From: Microthyrium microscopicum
Taxonomy: Eukaryota
Assembly: GCA_010405405.1 (NCBI GenBank)
Contig: MU004234.1
Span: 895,275-959,274, forward strand
Direction of reading: 5' to 3'
Length of the DNA: 64,000 bases
Numbering within the stretch: position 1 is the stretch's first letter; each line of letters begins with the position of its first letter. Of the stretch, positions 36,601 through 48,574 are shown piece after piece. Under the pieces are notes generated by a model. That model ran no database searches. It had not been told where the DNA came from and saw only the letters and a list, made by a program, of their open reading frames with translations. The translations under genes were made by a program, and so were the position numbers.

Positions 36601-37080
36601 CTTCCTCACTCACACTTTTGACAATGATGCCTCCTAGACTATGAGCAATGAATATGATGGGTCTTTTCAAAGTCTATAGCTTCAACGTCAGATCCAGCAT
36701 CGCGGCTCAAGTGTTCAACTGACCTTGGTGACCTGTCGTCTCCGAGTCAAGTCGCTGACTAGCTGTCTGGCATGATCATACAAGTACTGACAACTAACGG
36801 TATCGCCATGAGTGTTGGCATCATATCCCCAAGAGAACACACGGATGTTAGGAATGTCTAGGACCAAGTAGTCCCGCAGCCAATTGCAGTCGTCCACTGT
36901 CCAAGTACGATCTCGATGACCATTCAGCCCATGGACTGCAACAATGCTAGCTTATGTTAGCTGATCACACATAACCAGTGAAGACTAAACTTACTCGATT
37001 TTGGCATCTTCTCCTTCAGTGAGGAGCTTGAGACCATATGGCTTATCAGAAGATTCCTGTGAGTTTTCATTGTTTGCCAT
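33627..37080 (-). CDS. Fungal NLR-like STAND protein: alpha/beta-hydrolase (SesB-like) - NB-ARC - degenerate TPRs, multi-exon
   Basis: Spliced N-terminus DIVAVHGLNGH...NWLRDYL...RVFSWGYDAN...PIIFIAHSLGGIIVK...IFFMGTPHQGS...ADHINMVKF. NB-ARC motifs: Walker A GLGGMGKT, Walker B WLMVFDNYD, VVVTTR and GLPLALATAGAYL. Helical repeats such as AVQLYERAL and AEGYLSRAM. Confidence 0.9.
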
Positions 37081-37115
37081 GGTGGATGTTGCTGGGCCGA
37101 AAGTGTGACCCTGAA

Positions 37116-37263
37116 AAGAATGGAAGCTTGCGGCTTGGAGAAAAGATCGAATTCTGAGAACCAGCAATAAAAAGGCAGCTTCCTTGCAAGAATGGAAGCT
37201 TGCGATTCGAGAAGAGATCCAAGTTCGAGAACCAGCAATCCAAAGGAAGTTTCCTTGCAAGAA
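37116..37263. repeat. Imperfect tandem duplication (72 + 71 bp units) just upstream of the NLR start codon
   Basis: Unit 1 (37116-37187) reads AAGAATGGAAGCTTGCG...GAGAACCAGCAAT...TTCCTTGC. Unit 2 (37188-37258) has the same anchors and is followed by a partial AAGAA. Confidence 0.85.
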
Positions 37264-37702
37264 CAGAATGACATGGGCCCAAAGGCTTTGTAAAGCCTTT
37301 TCTCTTCAGTGACAATCGTGCTATCTGTAAGGCGAGAGGAGCAGATGAACATAGCGACATTTGTTATTCTGTCAGGTTCTTAGCGATGATGATATGATCT
37401 GTGAGAAGAATTAGTAACGAGAAAGTCAAACGGTGCAGAAATGACCTACCATCGCTTTGCTCTCCATCACGCCCCTATTGCCACTGACAAAGCGCCAATA
37501 TTACCCGCACACAAGTATAATCGCCTAGTCACTCATCAAGACCCGCATGGTAAACCCTTACACAAATGAGGATCACATCACCAGTCTACATTCTACAAAC
37601 CTTACGCTGCCAACCATAATCCCAAGGGTATCAAAAAGACAAAACAAACTCCTACTCCCTCTTGTCACTGACTCGCAATCATTACCTTCCCACATGACCA
37701 AT

Positions 37703-37951
37703 CTACTGGCGTCCATACCGATCCCACATCATCTGTCTCCGCCGCTGAGCAACATCGAAAGGCACCTGATCAGTCCGGGGGAAATACATAGGCTGCGCAG
37801 CTTTGTGTTCCGGGCAATGATCCTCAACCACTCGTGATTCAAGCATGAGATTTGCACACTGGTTGCCCGTCTGTCCAGCTGCAAAGCAGGGTTGAATGAA
37901 GACCTTGTGGCAGTGGCAGCCAGTGAATTCGATGGTTCTGGTTGTACACAT
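37703..37951 (-). CDS. Small Cys/His-rich hypothetical protein (82 aa), possible zinc-binding
   Basis: MC...GCHCH...PC...QC...HCPEH pattern, good AAAATG start context and a TATAAA about 110 nt upstream. Confidence 0.6.
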   Translation of the reverse strand: MCTTRTIEFTGCHCHKVFIQPCFAAGQTGNQCANLMLESRVVEDHCPEHKAAQPMYFPRTDQVPFDVAQRRRQMMWDRYGRQ

Positions 37952-38130
37952 TTTGGAGAAAAATCAATATCGTTGATCAGATAGTTGTTAGACAGGTGTC
38001 GAAGATGTATGAGAAGGTGTACGACGGGGGACGGATCAGGGGAGGAGGCCGAATTTATAGTGCGCGTGTGGATGTTATCGAAGCGTATGGTGACGATTGG
38101 AACGAATAGACTGAAGGGTGTGAAGGAAGA

Positions 38131-40349
38131 TCACTTTATGCCATCTATGTCCCTTACATGCTGGGGAAACATGTCACAGAGCTCTAGATCTGGGATTTCA
38201 GACCACCAGGTCTCCAGTTCTTTGCCTTCTTTGCGAGCGTTGTAGATCTCAAAGTTGCGCAGAAGTTTGGTCATGAGGAGCAGGTCGTCTACACGGCGAG
38301 TATTGAGAATACCGTAGCGACCGCAATTCTCCTCGAACACGCTTTTCCACATCTGGCGCTTCCATCTCAATACATCATCTAACGCAGTTAGTGGTTGCTT
38401 CATGCTCAGGAAAAGCATTGTTACTAACCGGCAGTCATTGGTGCTGGATCTGTTGGTGCGGTGGTCAGGTAGAATTTCACTGCGTCAATCAAGCAGTCCA
38501 TTTCCGCTTTGGTCCAGCCTGCTTTCTGTATATCGTACATCTCTCCCTGGTTAGTGATTCTGCCTTGTTGCAAATCCTCCCAGTATTTCTCAACGCGCTG
38601 AAAGCCGAACGTTTTCACTTTCGCCACAGGATCGGATTCTTGTTCGCGACGAGCCATCCAGAGATTGCGGAGTCGTGCTTTTTTTGCATACATTGCAAGA
38701 CGTCGATGTTTGTTTTGAGCCATACTTTCAACAATCTGTGTTGCTTGTGCGACTTGTTTACGTTGCTCCTCTTCCTGCTGTTGTCGTAGCCGCAATTGCC
38801 GGTTCTGCTCTTGGGTGATGGATTCTGATCGGATTTTGGCTTCGTCTTCATCGTCGAGGGCTTTTAAATCCTTCTTGACTACGGCGTCCACTTCGCTAAT
38901 CAAGCGGTTGAATCCGAAAGCTTTCTGGAAGATACCGAGCTTGGATCGGGTATGTATCTTGGATGCCTTCAATTTGACGTGTAATGCGTAATACTCCTTT
39001 GCAAGAGATCTTAACATCTTCAAGCTCATGATCTTCTCGTTTCGTGTATCCATTCCGGTATGTAGATGTAATCCTCTTGCGTACACGCAGACCATAGCAA
39101 ATAAGCCTTGTCCGTAGGCCTTTCCTGCGCTCTTGCCAAACGAGACTTCTTTATCTGCAATAACGTCGTGAAGTTTGTAGATTCTGCGCTGAAGGGAATC
39201 AAAATCGGTAGAGGTGGCTTCTACATCTCTGTCCAAGGCACCGATATTATCCAGCACGTCTGCAACAGCGGTGATTTTGTTCGAAAGTAGTTGTAGATCC
39301 TGGGTTAGCGACCCGGTTTTGTTAAAACCAGTATCGTGAAGTAATTTGTGATATGTTCTTGCAGCATCTAGAAAGTCGGTGATGGGCTGCAGATTTGAGA
39401 AGACTGAATCCGAGATAAAATTCAAATAATGGAACTCGGGCAGTCCATCGTCGCCGTTGTCGCCGTTTTGGGCTTCATCATCATCATCCTCTACATCGAC
39501 CTCAGCATCACTTTCGTCTGATGCGCCCTCTACAGAATTGACAGGTCGATCTTCGGCGTCTTCCTCGGCTTCTTCTTCAGCGTTGTCTCCAGCAACAAAT
39601 AAATCTTCCTCGTTGTCCTGATTACTCATTTGCTGATGATCACTACCATACGGCAATTCCTCCTCAATCTTATTTGACTTGGGCGCCTCTTCATCGTCAT
39701 CAACCTCCACTTCTTGATCCTCATCCTCGTCCTCCGATTCAGGAATCTCAAACTCGTCGTGTTTAGGTGTCTCCGGTATCGTCACTCTCCGGTCTCTCTT
39801 CTGCGGACTACGCCGCCGCTTAGCCGGCCGCTCGTCTTCACTCTCCGCCTCAGTTTCTTCGATAACCCTTGCTCGTTTCGGTTTCTCCATAGGCAGACTC
39901 ACCAAGTCCGCGGCCTGTCCCCTTCTCGATCGTTTTGACACCACGATCTGCACGGACTCTTTCTGCACAATCTTCTGAATGACCGGCGAAGTTACCGCAC
40001 TATTTGGCCGACCGCGTCCGCGCCGCGGCGTGATCACGACCTCTGGGCTGGCTACCGAACTCTTACGCGGTCGTCCAGGCTTGCGTCGCGGAGTAATCTC
40101 TTCTTGCAAAATCTCCTCCTCCTCGTATTCTTCTTCCAGCTCTTCTGTTTCCGGCTGTTCACTCACAGTCCGCAAACTATTTCTTGTGCGACGCCCATTG
40201 CGCAGAACCGGCTGTTTAGAATTTTCGCTACCAGCAACTCGTTGCGAGCGACGACTCGGCTGCCCTTTCAGCTCACGCATACCCGCCTGTCTTGCATTCG
40301 CACGTTCCACCACAGAGGCAGGAACTCCGCGGCGCGTGGTAATTGGCAT
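38131..40349 (-). CDS. Putative chromatin/DNA-binding protein: AT-hook-like motifs, acidic tract, coiled coil, C-terminal Myb/SANT-like segment (2 exons)
   Basis: RRKPGRPRK and RRGRGRP motifs and a long D/E-rich region. GWTKAEMDCLIDAVKFY splices (GTTAGT...ACTAAC...TAG) to DDVLRWKRQMWKSVFEENCG...LNTRRVDDL. Confidence 0.7.
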
Positions 40350-41092
40350 GGCAGATGCTTTGAGGAGTTCTAAGGAAGTGCGTACAACAGCGTCGTCGTT
40401 CGAATTACGTGTAGGCGAGCGGCGTTGACGCGCGATTGCTGTAAATTATTTGTTAGATTCGTAATGAAAGGCAAGGGTGGACACGGGTAGTAATACCTTC
40501 AGTATAGAGTTGGGAAGACGGGTCATTGAGGTCTTCGGCGCTATCAGATCCGGCAAGCTGGAGATTAGTGTTAGTAGTGAAAATAAAATAAAGATTGGAT
40601 GGGTTGACTCACCTGAGATATGTTGTTTTGGGACCATGATGATCCTAAAGAGTCAGGGAGGACTTTGGTGCTGGGAGCGTACATTGCTAGTGAGGGACTA
40701 GCTGGCTAGGCAGGCAATAGGGCTACAGCAGCCTGAAGTGCCTGGCTATCAAAAAGTAGCTGCTGATACCTCGACAAGTGCAATGGGGGAGTCGAAAGGC
40801 TGGAAATGCGGGAGGTCGTTGATTAGATGTGGGGATTCGGGAATGGGAGCTTGAGCTTTGAGACAAAAAGAGGTTGACGCGAAGCAAACACGACTTGGGT
40901 GCGATATCACGTGAATTTATTATTGACACCCAAAACCGAATACGATCGTTCTGATGGTTATATTTCTTGTGTATCATTAATGCTGTTAATTGAATGCTAT
41001 TTAGTCAAACCGAAGCTGATGCAGAAAGTATTCCTGTTCTGTGTCTATCATGTCATGGCAGTCATTCATCTCTCCAGCAACCAACCACCAAC

Positions 41093-43185
41093 TCACGATC
41101 CACTGCCCGGCAAGGTCGCTTTCAAGTCCTTCTCGACGAGTCGAATCGTCTCTTCGATGAGATCATACTGAATCTCATCTGATACCACACTGTCGTGCTT
41201 GTACGCTGCGTGCGTCATCACGAAATCCCGGATCAGCTGCGCTGGCGTCTTGACCTTTAAGTTCGCTCGCGACCGTACCAGACTTAGGTAGTCTGCTAAC
41301 GCGCATCGCGTAACCACATCGATGTTCATGCTAGACAGATACGATTCGACTAGCGGGATCAAGCCTGGAAAGTGTTCGCCATCGCCGTTCATGATCTCAT
41401 TGCAGGTCATCTCGGTGTACTCCTCTTCGACCGGTCCAGTGCTCGCGTCCGTATGATGGAAGACATCTTTTCGGAACCAGAACTTCTTGCTACGCACCGC
41501 ATCGCGCGCATGAGCCGTCTCCATGTTCTCCGTCACTCTCGCAATGGGGATATAGAAATTGAGGTCAAAACTCAGAATTGCGCGTGTGATGAGCACTAGA
41601 AACACGGCAAATGCAGCGTTCTCGCGGTCCGTCACTTGTATTTCCATAGGTCGGAACTCAACACGCCAGCCCATGTCACTACCAGGTGGTGGCGGCTTGA
41701 ATCGCATATGTTGCCAGTTGGTGCTTTGAAGATTCTCGAAATGATCAGCGCCATTCAAATCGAGCTCTTTGAGGTTTTCAGCGAACACTACGATAGGGTC
41801 GCGGATGAATAGATGTGCGAAATGTGTGGCTAACAGGTCGTCCATACCGCCTTCCATGAGGCGCTGCTTTATGTCCGGATCGATTATAAGACCCGGGTCT
41901 AGATATTCTGGTCTTAATCGTGGGTCTTGGGATATATATGTCGAGTTGGCCGCATATCTGGACTTTGGAATCCGCCACCGATCATTCTTCAGAGGCGTCT
42001 CGCCCAATTCTTCAGGTGTTCGATCGTCGACTGCCCCGCTGATTTGGTTCCATCGTACATCTGTATCAACCAGGAATCCTTTGTAGATGGGAGTCGCAGC
42101 AGTAAGAGCCAGCAATATTGGGCCAAGTGGACTGAGTTGGTCATACATTTTTCGACCTTCATCAATGTTCTTAGCCTGAAAGGTCATCTGAAGACAACAA
42201 CTGCCCATCCCAAAAGCCATGGCATCCATATATACATGCCCTTCCTTTGCTGCGCCATTTCGAACATCAGCATCTTCTGGCCATTGCTGCAAGTCGTAAT
42301 TGACGAGTGGGTCCTTGAATGGTTTCGGCGTCTTTTCGTCGTAGAATATAGGCACATTTAACGCAACCTTTCGCCCTCGACGAGATCGAATGTTTGCTGC
42401 CAATGTCGGGAACCTTATATGAGGATTTGCAATCTCATCCGGAAGGAATTGCGATCGTAGCTTCGGTCCAGAAAGAGGATACGCCGGCACAGTGGTGTCC
42501 TCACAACCTATGCGAGGAAATGTCGTCAATGTGACCGGATATTCAGTCTCAGCCATGTGCTCTTTAGCAATAATACGTCGGAGCCTCATGTTGTGCTCAA
42601 CATCCAAAAGATCCTTAAATCCTATACCCCAAGGTTTTCCTGGAGTCGCTTCAAGCATGAAGCGGCCGAACTCTGGATGGAATATTGGTGGAACGTCGTC
42701 AATCACACCGTTGACTATTTTTGCGTTTGCTTCCAAGGCTGCGAGAATATCGGCTTGCCGTAGAGAGAGTCGCATTTTTTTCGCGGCATCATCCTTGCAG
42801 ACAACGAGGTACTCGACCTGGGTAAATGGTCAGTATAGGCGCAAGAATATTGTCTGATCCTCAGAATAGGTCATGTTCGTGTCTGGAATGTACCTCGTCG
42901 CCCCATAGCATAGCATCACGTTCCTTTCCTCGAGCGCCTTTCCATATCATGAGAAGTTGCTGCACGGTCGTTAGCACGAGTATCAACATGCAGGTAATGC
43001 AGCTAGTCTTTGTTGGCTGCAAGAGTGGACGTAAGCATACCTCGATACCCCATTGTCGGACTTGGGGCGCGACTTTCTTCACTTCGCTCCATTCGAGAGG
43101 TGTTCCAAGAGCTCTAATTGAAATGTAAGTTCGCGACGTTAAGACAATGCGCACTAGCAATGCTGTCTACTTACAGCAGGCCCAT
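41093..43185 (-). CDS. GSH1: Glutamate-cysteine ligase catalytic subunit (gamma-glutamylcysteine synthetase)
   Basis: MGLL|ALGTPLEW start over short 5' exons; LWGDEVEY, FHPEFGRFMLEATPG, YMDAMAFGMGSCCLQ, HFENLQSTNWQ and GWRVEFRPME. Confidence 0.96.
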
Positions 43186-44256
43186 GTCAGCGCTATGAAT
43201 CTAGGGAATTCAGGGGCGGCGCCAAATTGCAGAGGTTGGGTTATATCATGAACTTTAAGACGTGTTGTACAGGTCAACAAATAACGCGAGGTTGTAGAAG
43301 TACTGGCGGCAACAAGTCGCAGCCAGGCTTCACTGAGGCAGGAGTGAAGTGGACGAATCTCGATCGCCAGGCACAATTGCAAATGCTTCCAGGTAAAATG
43401 CCAGTAACGACACGCTCAAGATAGGCAAAGAGCAACAATTTCGGAAACAATGTTGGGTGTTGAGATGTATTTGAAATTTGACAAACGCCACTATGATGCT
43501 TAGAAATGTAAGTCCAGTCGCCGCAACCCGGAGAGCGAGCTAAACCCCTTAGCTTTCAAGGTTGTTGCTCGCAGAAAAAAGGTAGCGACAAGATGACTGA
43601 GAAAGAACGCTGGAGGTGGTCGCAAGGTGTATCGCGAAGTCCGAATTAGGCAACCAGTAAATAAGGCTTGTTGTCAGTCAGTTCCTAGTCCGTAACTATC
43701 GACTATCAATCACGACTGTAGACTGGCAAGAATCGTCATTCTTAACGTGGGTTTAACGGGTAGGATTAGGAAGCTTACATGCAGGAATCGGATCCAGACT
43801 TTTGACCCCTCGGCAGGCGAGAGTGGAGCATGGAGGAGCTCAACGAGCCGCACCCACGTGAATATAAAAAGGCGGGGCCTCAGGTGAAACCACTTTTATA
43901 AGTCCGTTTGGTCGCCGGGATTGCAGAAATAGCAAACGTAACATCGAACTGATACGTTTGTGGTCCTCGTGGGGAGGCGGCTTTTTATGCCTACTGCACG
44001 CGACTCACTGCATTGATATTCAGCCAGTTCCCTGTCAAGGCCGTTAGAATTTGCTTCGCATACCAGAACGACTTCATGGGATGTTGGAACAAGACTCGAT
44101 ATGGTTCTAGTATTGTTGTCTTCGTATTGTGGCTACTTTGTGTTACCTCAAGCTTTTGCACGCACGACATGAACATCACTGGACAAACTTAACGTGATTG
44201 AATGACTAATATTGTATTTCAGATCTCTAACCTGATATCAATCTACCTCTACAAAT

Positions 44257-44768
44257 CTAAACGTAGTATGCCTTAGCCACCCCTGGTGTGAAAACAGCGC
44301 CATCAGGATGTCCATATGTAGAGCAGATCTCAGCAAAGATCTCATTTGGTTTTCCAACCGCTGAAGTCGAAAAGTTGACAAACTTGTTATCGGATGTCTT
44401 CCAGGTGATCTTGTTGTCCGCGTCAATTGCCCAGCCCTTGTTGTTGGAGGGCTTTGCACTTAGGACGAGAGCACCTTCAAAGGGGTGGAGTGGGTTGTAG
44501 TCGTAGCCCTTGTTGTCGGCTCCACAGGAGATGGCGGTATCAACGATCTTGCAGGCGATACCGTCCGCAATGTTCTCGGAGGACTTGTCGGTGCCGGTGA
44601 GGTAGAGAGTCTTGCTGCCGATGGTGACGCCGACTTTGAAGGATTTGCTGTCTGCGACTGGGGCGGCGATAGCGCTATTTATGGTCAGAGATAGTTCTCT
44701 TTCATTATGTTTGTCCAGACTAACCCAATAGCGAGCGCTGCGAAGGCGAAGATTTTCATTCCAACCAT
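44257..44768 (-). CDS. Small secreted protein (153 aa, 3 Cys), not in the ORF track
   Basis: Exon 44768-44725, 50-nt intron 44724-44675 (GTTAGT...CTGAC...TAG), exon 44674-44257. Translation: MVGMKIFAFAALAIGAIAAPVADSKSFKVGVTIGSKTLYL...IACKIVDTAISCG...GWAIDADNKITW...EICSTYGHPDGAVFTPGVAKAYYV*. Strong C-ending codon bias. Confidence 0.85.
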
Positions 44769-46127
44769 TTTGATACTGGTAAAATACGGCGAGTTTTGAG
44801 ACTAAAGTGAACTGGAGCAGATTTGAGGCAGTTGAACGACAAGTCTGGGCTTTATCTACTAAAGGGAACCATTCTGGCGGTGACCCTAATTTATCAAGCT
44901 TCTTTTATTTCCTAATAACTGACTATTCCGTGGTTGAAACACGTGAGTGGTCTAGATGTATACTGTACCTGATCAGGGTTCACTTGCTGGAGTTCGATAT
45001 GCAAATACATTAGCACTATATTCTCGACCACTAGTAGTGGAAGCGAGATATTATGTCTGCCCCTAAGGACAGATTGGGCTAGTTCATTGGACTCTGTCTG
45101 AGGCCCTGAAAGGTACTCTCTTTTAAGATAAGCACTTGGGAAAGCAGAATAATGCAAAAGAATAAGCGATAGCATAAATAAAGGGCAACGCTTCCTCGCA
45201 TGTATCCGATTCGTGCGCAACCGAGATCTATCGTCCAGCGAGTTGTTCCATGCTCCCAAACCGCGATACTCCTCTTTTTCGTGTGATTGAGAGTACTCTG
45301 TAGCAGAAAGACTTGCTTGAAAAGTACCGAAGTATCTAGGAAGATGTTGCAGCGAAAGCTCTACACTAAAGCATTCGGTTACTTCAAGGTTTTGACAACT
45401 TCGGACGAATCACATATATTTTGAGACATGATTAAGCGAAGACTGCGCTGGTATTTTTGATATATTGGTATATGGAAAATTCAACGCTTTTTTAGTTAGA
45501 CGTTCTACCTATATCTTCTCAGTGAGCATACTATGATTGAATCATTGAATAGATGGTACTGTCAAAGACTCAAAAAACTTTCTTGTCCCCTATCTACGGA
45601 GGTTTTCCTGAGGATTTCTCTCCTGAACACAAGACTCGTTGTCTTCCACAAACTAAACAGCTTAGACATGCTAATGCGACTACTAGATACCTGCCGTACC
45701 AGTTAGATTGCTACTTCAAGTCGCAGGACTTTATATCTGAACGTAGAACCGCGCAATCCCGGTATTTTTATTGCCTAGATAGGACGAAATGGGCAAAATG
45801 GCACAAAAAGAGATTTTGTGTTGCTCAATTGTCTCCATTATCTGTTCTAGAGCACCTATAGTCTCTTCCCAGAGTCGTTTATCCCCAGCCTTGAACGACG
45901 TGGTACACCAAAGATGTACATCGTGTAAGGGCGATCATCCAATCGCTGAATTCTCTGGTTATACATGTTCTCAAAACTATTGAACTTGTGACCATGAAGT
46001 TCATCTAGGTACCTAAGCTATTTGTGCAATCCTTCATGCTTTTGCTTTCGAATGAAAACATGAAATCAATGGTTGCCATCGTACTTTGAAAAGAAAAACC
46101 TCCAAGTCCAGTCATTACAGCTCCAAA

Positions 46128-47972
46128 ATGCCAATCTATCGTCTATTCGACCGTCAGGACTCCGAGCCTATAGACTCTCACAAATATGAACCAGCTGTTT
46201 AAGAAAAAGAAACTGAACAAATCCCTGAACCATCCCTAAAACGCAAATCAGAAAGGCTCCGATGGAGCACCCTCACCAACTCATGGTATCTCGAAATTGG
46301 CGCATTACTTGGAACGAATTTCTGTGAGAGCATGATTTTCTACATCCTACGCACAACGCATCAACAACCCATATCGGCCTGGAAATATCATGGAAGGCTC
46401 AGCCTAAACACTGCGGTATCATTCATAACTACCGTCTTCAAATCTGATCTTTACTCTTGCAACCAGTAGCAAGCTGTATAGGTCAGCTGAAATGGAGTCA
46501 CTACCGGAAAGCGCAGAGAATGTCGCATATCGAATTGTTCGACGAAGCGTCTCGAGGACCTTTGGGGGCTCTGTTGCTTTTGTTCCAAAGAAACACTGTT
46601 GTAACGTTAGCCGCTGCAGGCTCGGTAATCACCATTCTGAGTCTACTTCTTGATGCGTCTACTCAGCAACTGATCGAATATCCGACCCGGCCAGTTTTTA
46701 CGGAATCGGATGACACAACCTTCAGTCATAGCTTGATATACAACAATGGAGGTAGAACCAACGGATTCATGGTCATCGAATGTACAAAAGCTTCTTCCAA
46801 TCGTTCTAGGTTGATATATTGCTAACGGCTTCGTTTCAGGGAACTCTGTCGACTTGACCATGCAAGCCTCAGTAATCAATGGACTGAGTGGCTTTGTCAC
46901 TCCTCCAGATTTTCATTGTAGCTCTGCAAACTGTACTTGGCATGACAAGAGCTTCCTATCTCTTGGTTTCGAGAGTACTTGTAAGAATGTTACCACCAAA
47001 ATCGCTCAGGTCTGCGCCGACTTTAGGAACCAAACACTCACTTACCCCAATCTGGACTCTACTGGAAACGTGAACCAGTGCAATCTTACTACACCATCAA
47101 ATGTAACTCTACAGTACACTTACGTCCCAACAGATTCGCAGACAACAGTCATTGTCTCATCTACAATATCATGTCCTTCCTTAGGCTATGGCGGCTGGCG
47201 CAATGGCTGGCTGACTGCCATACAGTCCTCGAAGCTCATCACCATCGCAGTGTTCCGAATGTACGGATATCCAGCACGCGGATATTGGGAGGTGATAGAA
47301 TGTGACATCGGGCTTGTGGGCCACAAGAAATCCAATGTTTCAATCACAAACTCAACGTTTCAGGTTGGCTTGGAAGAAAGACTACCTCTAGTAGTTTTGA
47401 ATGGAAGCGGAAGCGAACCAGTGGCTTCACATGCGACGTTCATGACACAAACTGGCAATCACACCTTCATGGCGAACTTGATGGACTTGGCTATCCTTTC
47501 AGACTTCCTGCAAAGTAAAGTTTTCAATGGGACTCTTGTTGACGGGGACTACGCTTTCGATCCTAACATCCCCTTCGGGCCTGTATACCTGAACAAAAAC
47601 ATTGACGTTTCTGGAGCGCTACAAAACATGACAAGAAGCATGACCAACACAATCAACAGAAGTAGCAACGCCGCCTTTGAGAAAGGATACACGATTCGCA
47701 GTGAGACTTATATATACATTCGATGGAAGTATTTCACCCTCCCAGTAGTGATGCTAATCGCTACGACTCACCTTCTGCTTACAACTATTCTTAAATCGCG
47801 CAGACAACAGATGAAGTTGTGGAAGTCCTCCAGCGTGGCATTACTCGCGCACCAAATCAACGAATGGAAAGGTTGCGAGACTGCTCTTGACGGACCTGCT
47901 GCCCTGAAAAGGCTTGCTGAGAAGACACGACTTAAACTTTCAAGAGATATGACAATGGAAGCCTCTGACTGA
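46128..47972 (+). pseudogene. DUF3176-like membrane protein, disrupted copy (premature stop plus frameshift)
   Basis: The frame from ATG 46128 has TAA at 46200-46202, continues ...SWYLEIGALL...LSLNTAVSFITTVFKS, then shifts frame near 46446-46456 into LLLQPVASCIGQLKW...FDEASRGPLGALLLL. The downstream exon is intact (CSSANCTW; YIYIRWKYFTLP; LWKSSSVALL). Confidence 0.75.
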
Positions 47973-48574
47973 GCAAGACATGAAGGCAACAGAAAACTAT
48001 ATGTATACCATTAACAAGAGGTTGGACTCGCAGACACAACTCAGTGAACAAAGTTATTTTTAGCTCACTTAACGGTGACAAGAATGTAGAACTTATAAAG
48101 TAGTACTGTAATACATCGGAGAGTCAACCATGTGTAAGTCTATTAAAAACCAGATGACAACGTACAAGCGCTATGAATGTATGCGATATCTATGCGATTC
48201 CCCAAGAAGAGCAAGGTAACCATATAAGGGGGTTGGAACATTCCCATATTTACACAAGGGGTTTTCATGTATTCATTGTCACACTTGTTAGTCCTGTCTT
48301 CAGCCCATCGGCACGGCTGTGCATAGTACAACATAAAACACATAGCTCGCCTGTACTCGTGACTGCCCAATGAGTGTCAATTTCGAGGAGTACCTCGTTC
48401 GACGCTATCGAATAGATGGCAATCATACTGGCCAGGTCCCAATACATCACAAGTTCAGCTAGCATATATATCTATTTGAACATTTACATTGTAGGTTGTC
48501 TGTCAGTGCTAAATATCATTCACAAAGTTTCTCACATAGACTTTTGGAAAATACTATCCTTTTTGTTTCACGCC

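Noticed and set aside
35880..37080. Amyloid signalling motif (HET-s, sigma or PP type) associated with the NLR
   Set aside because: No N/Q/G-rich pseudo-repeat seen at the N-terminus or linker; the effector domain is fused directly.
44800..46100. AT-richer, TA-rich spacer as a possible decayed repeat
   Set aside because: No terminal repeats or transposon protein remnants recognised.
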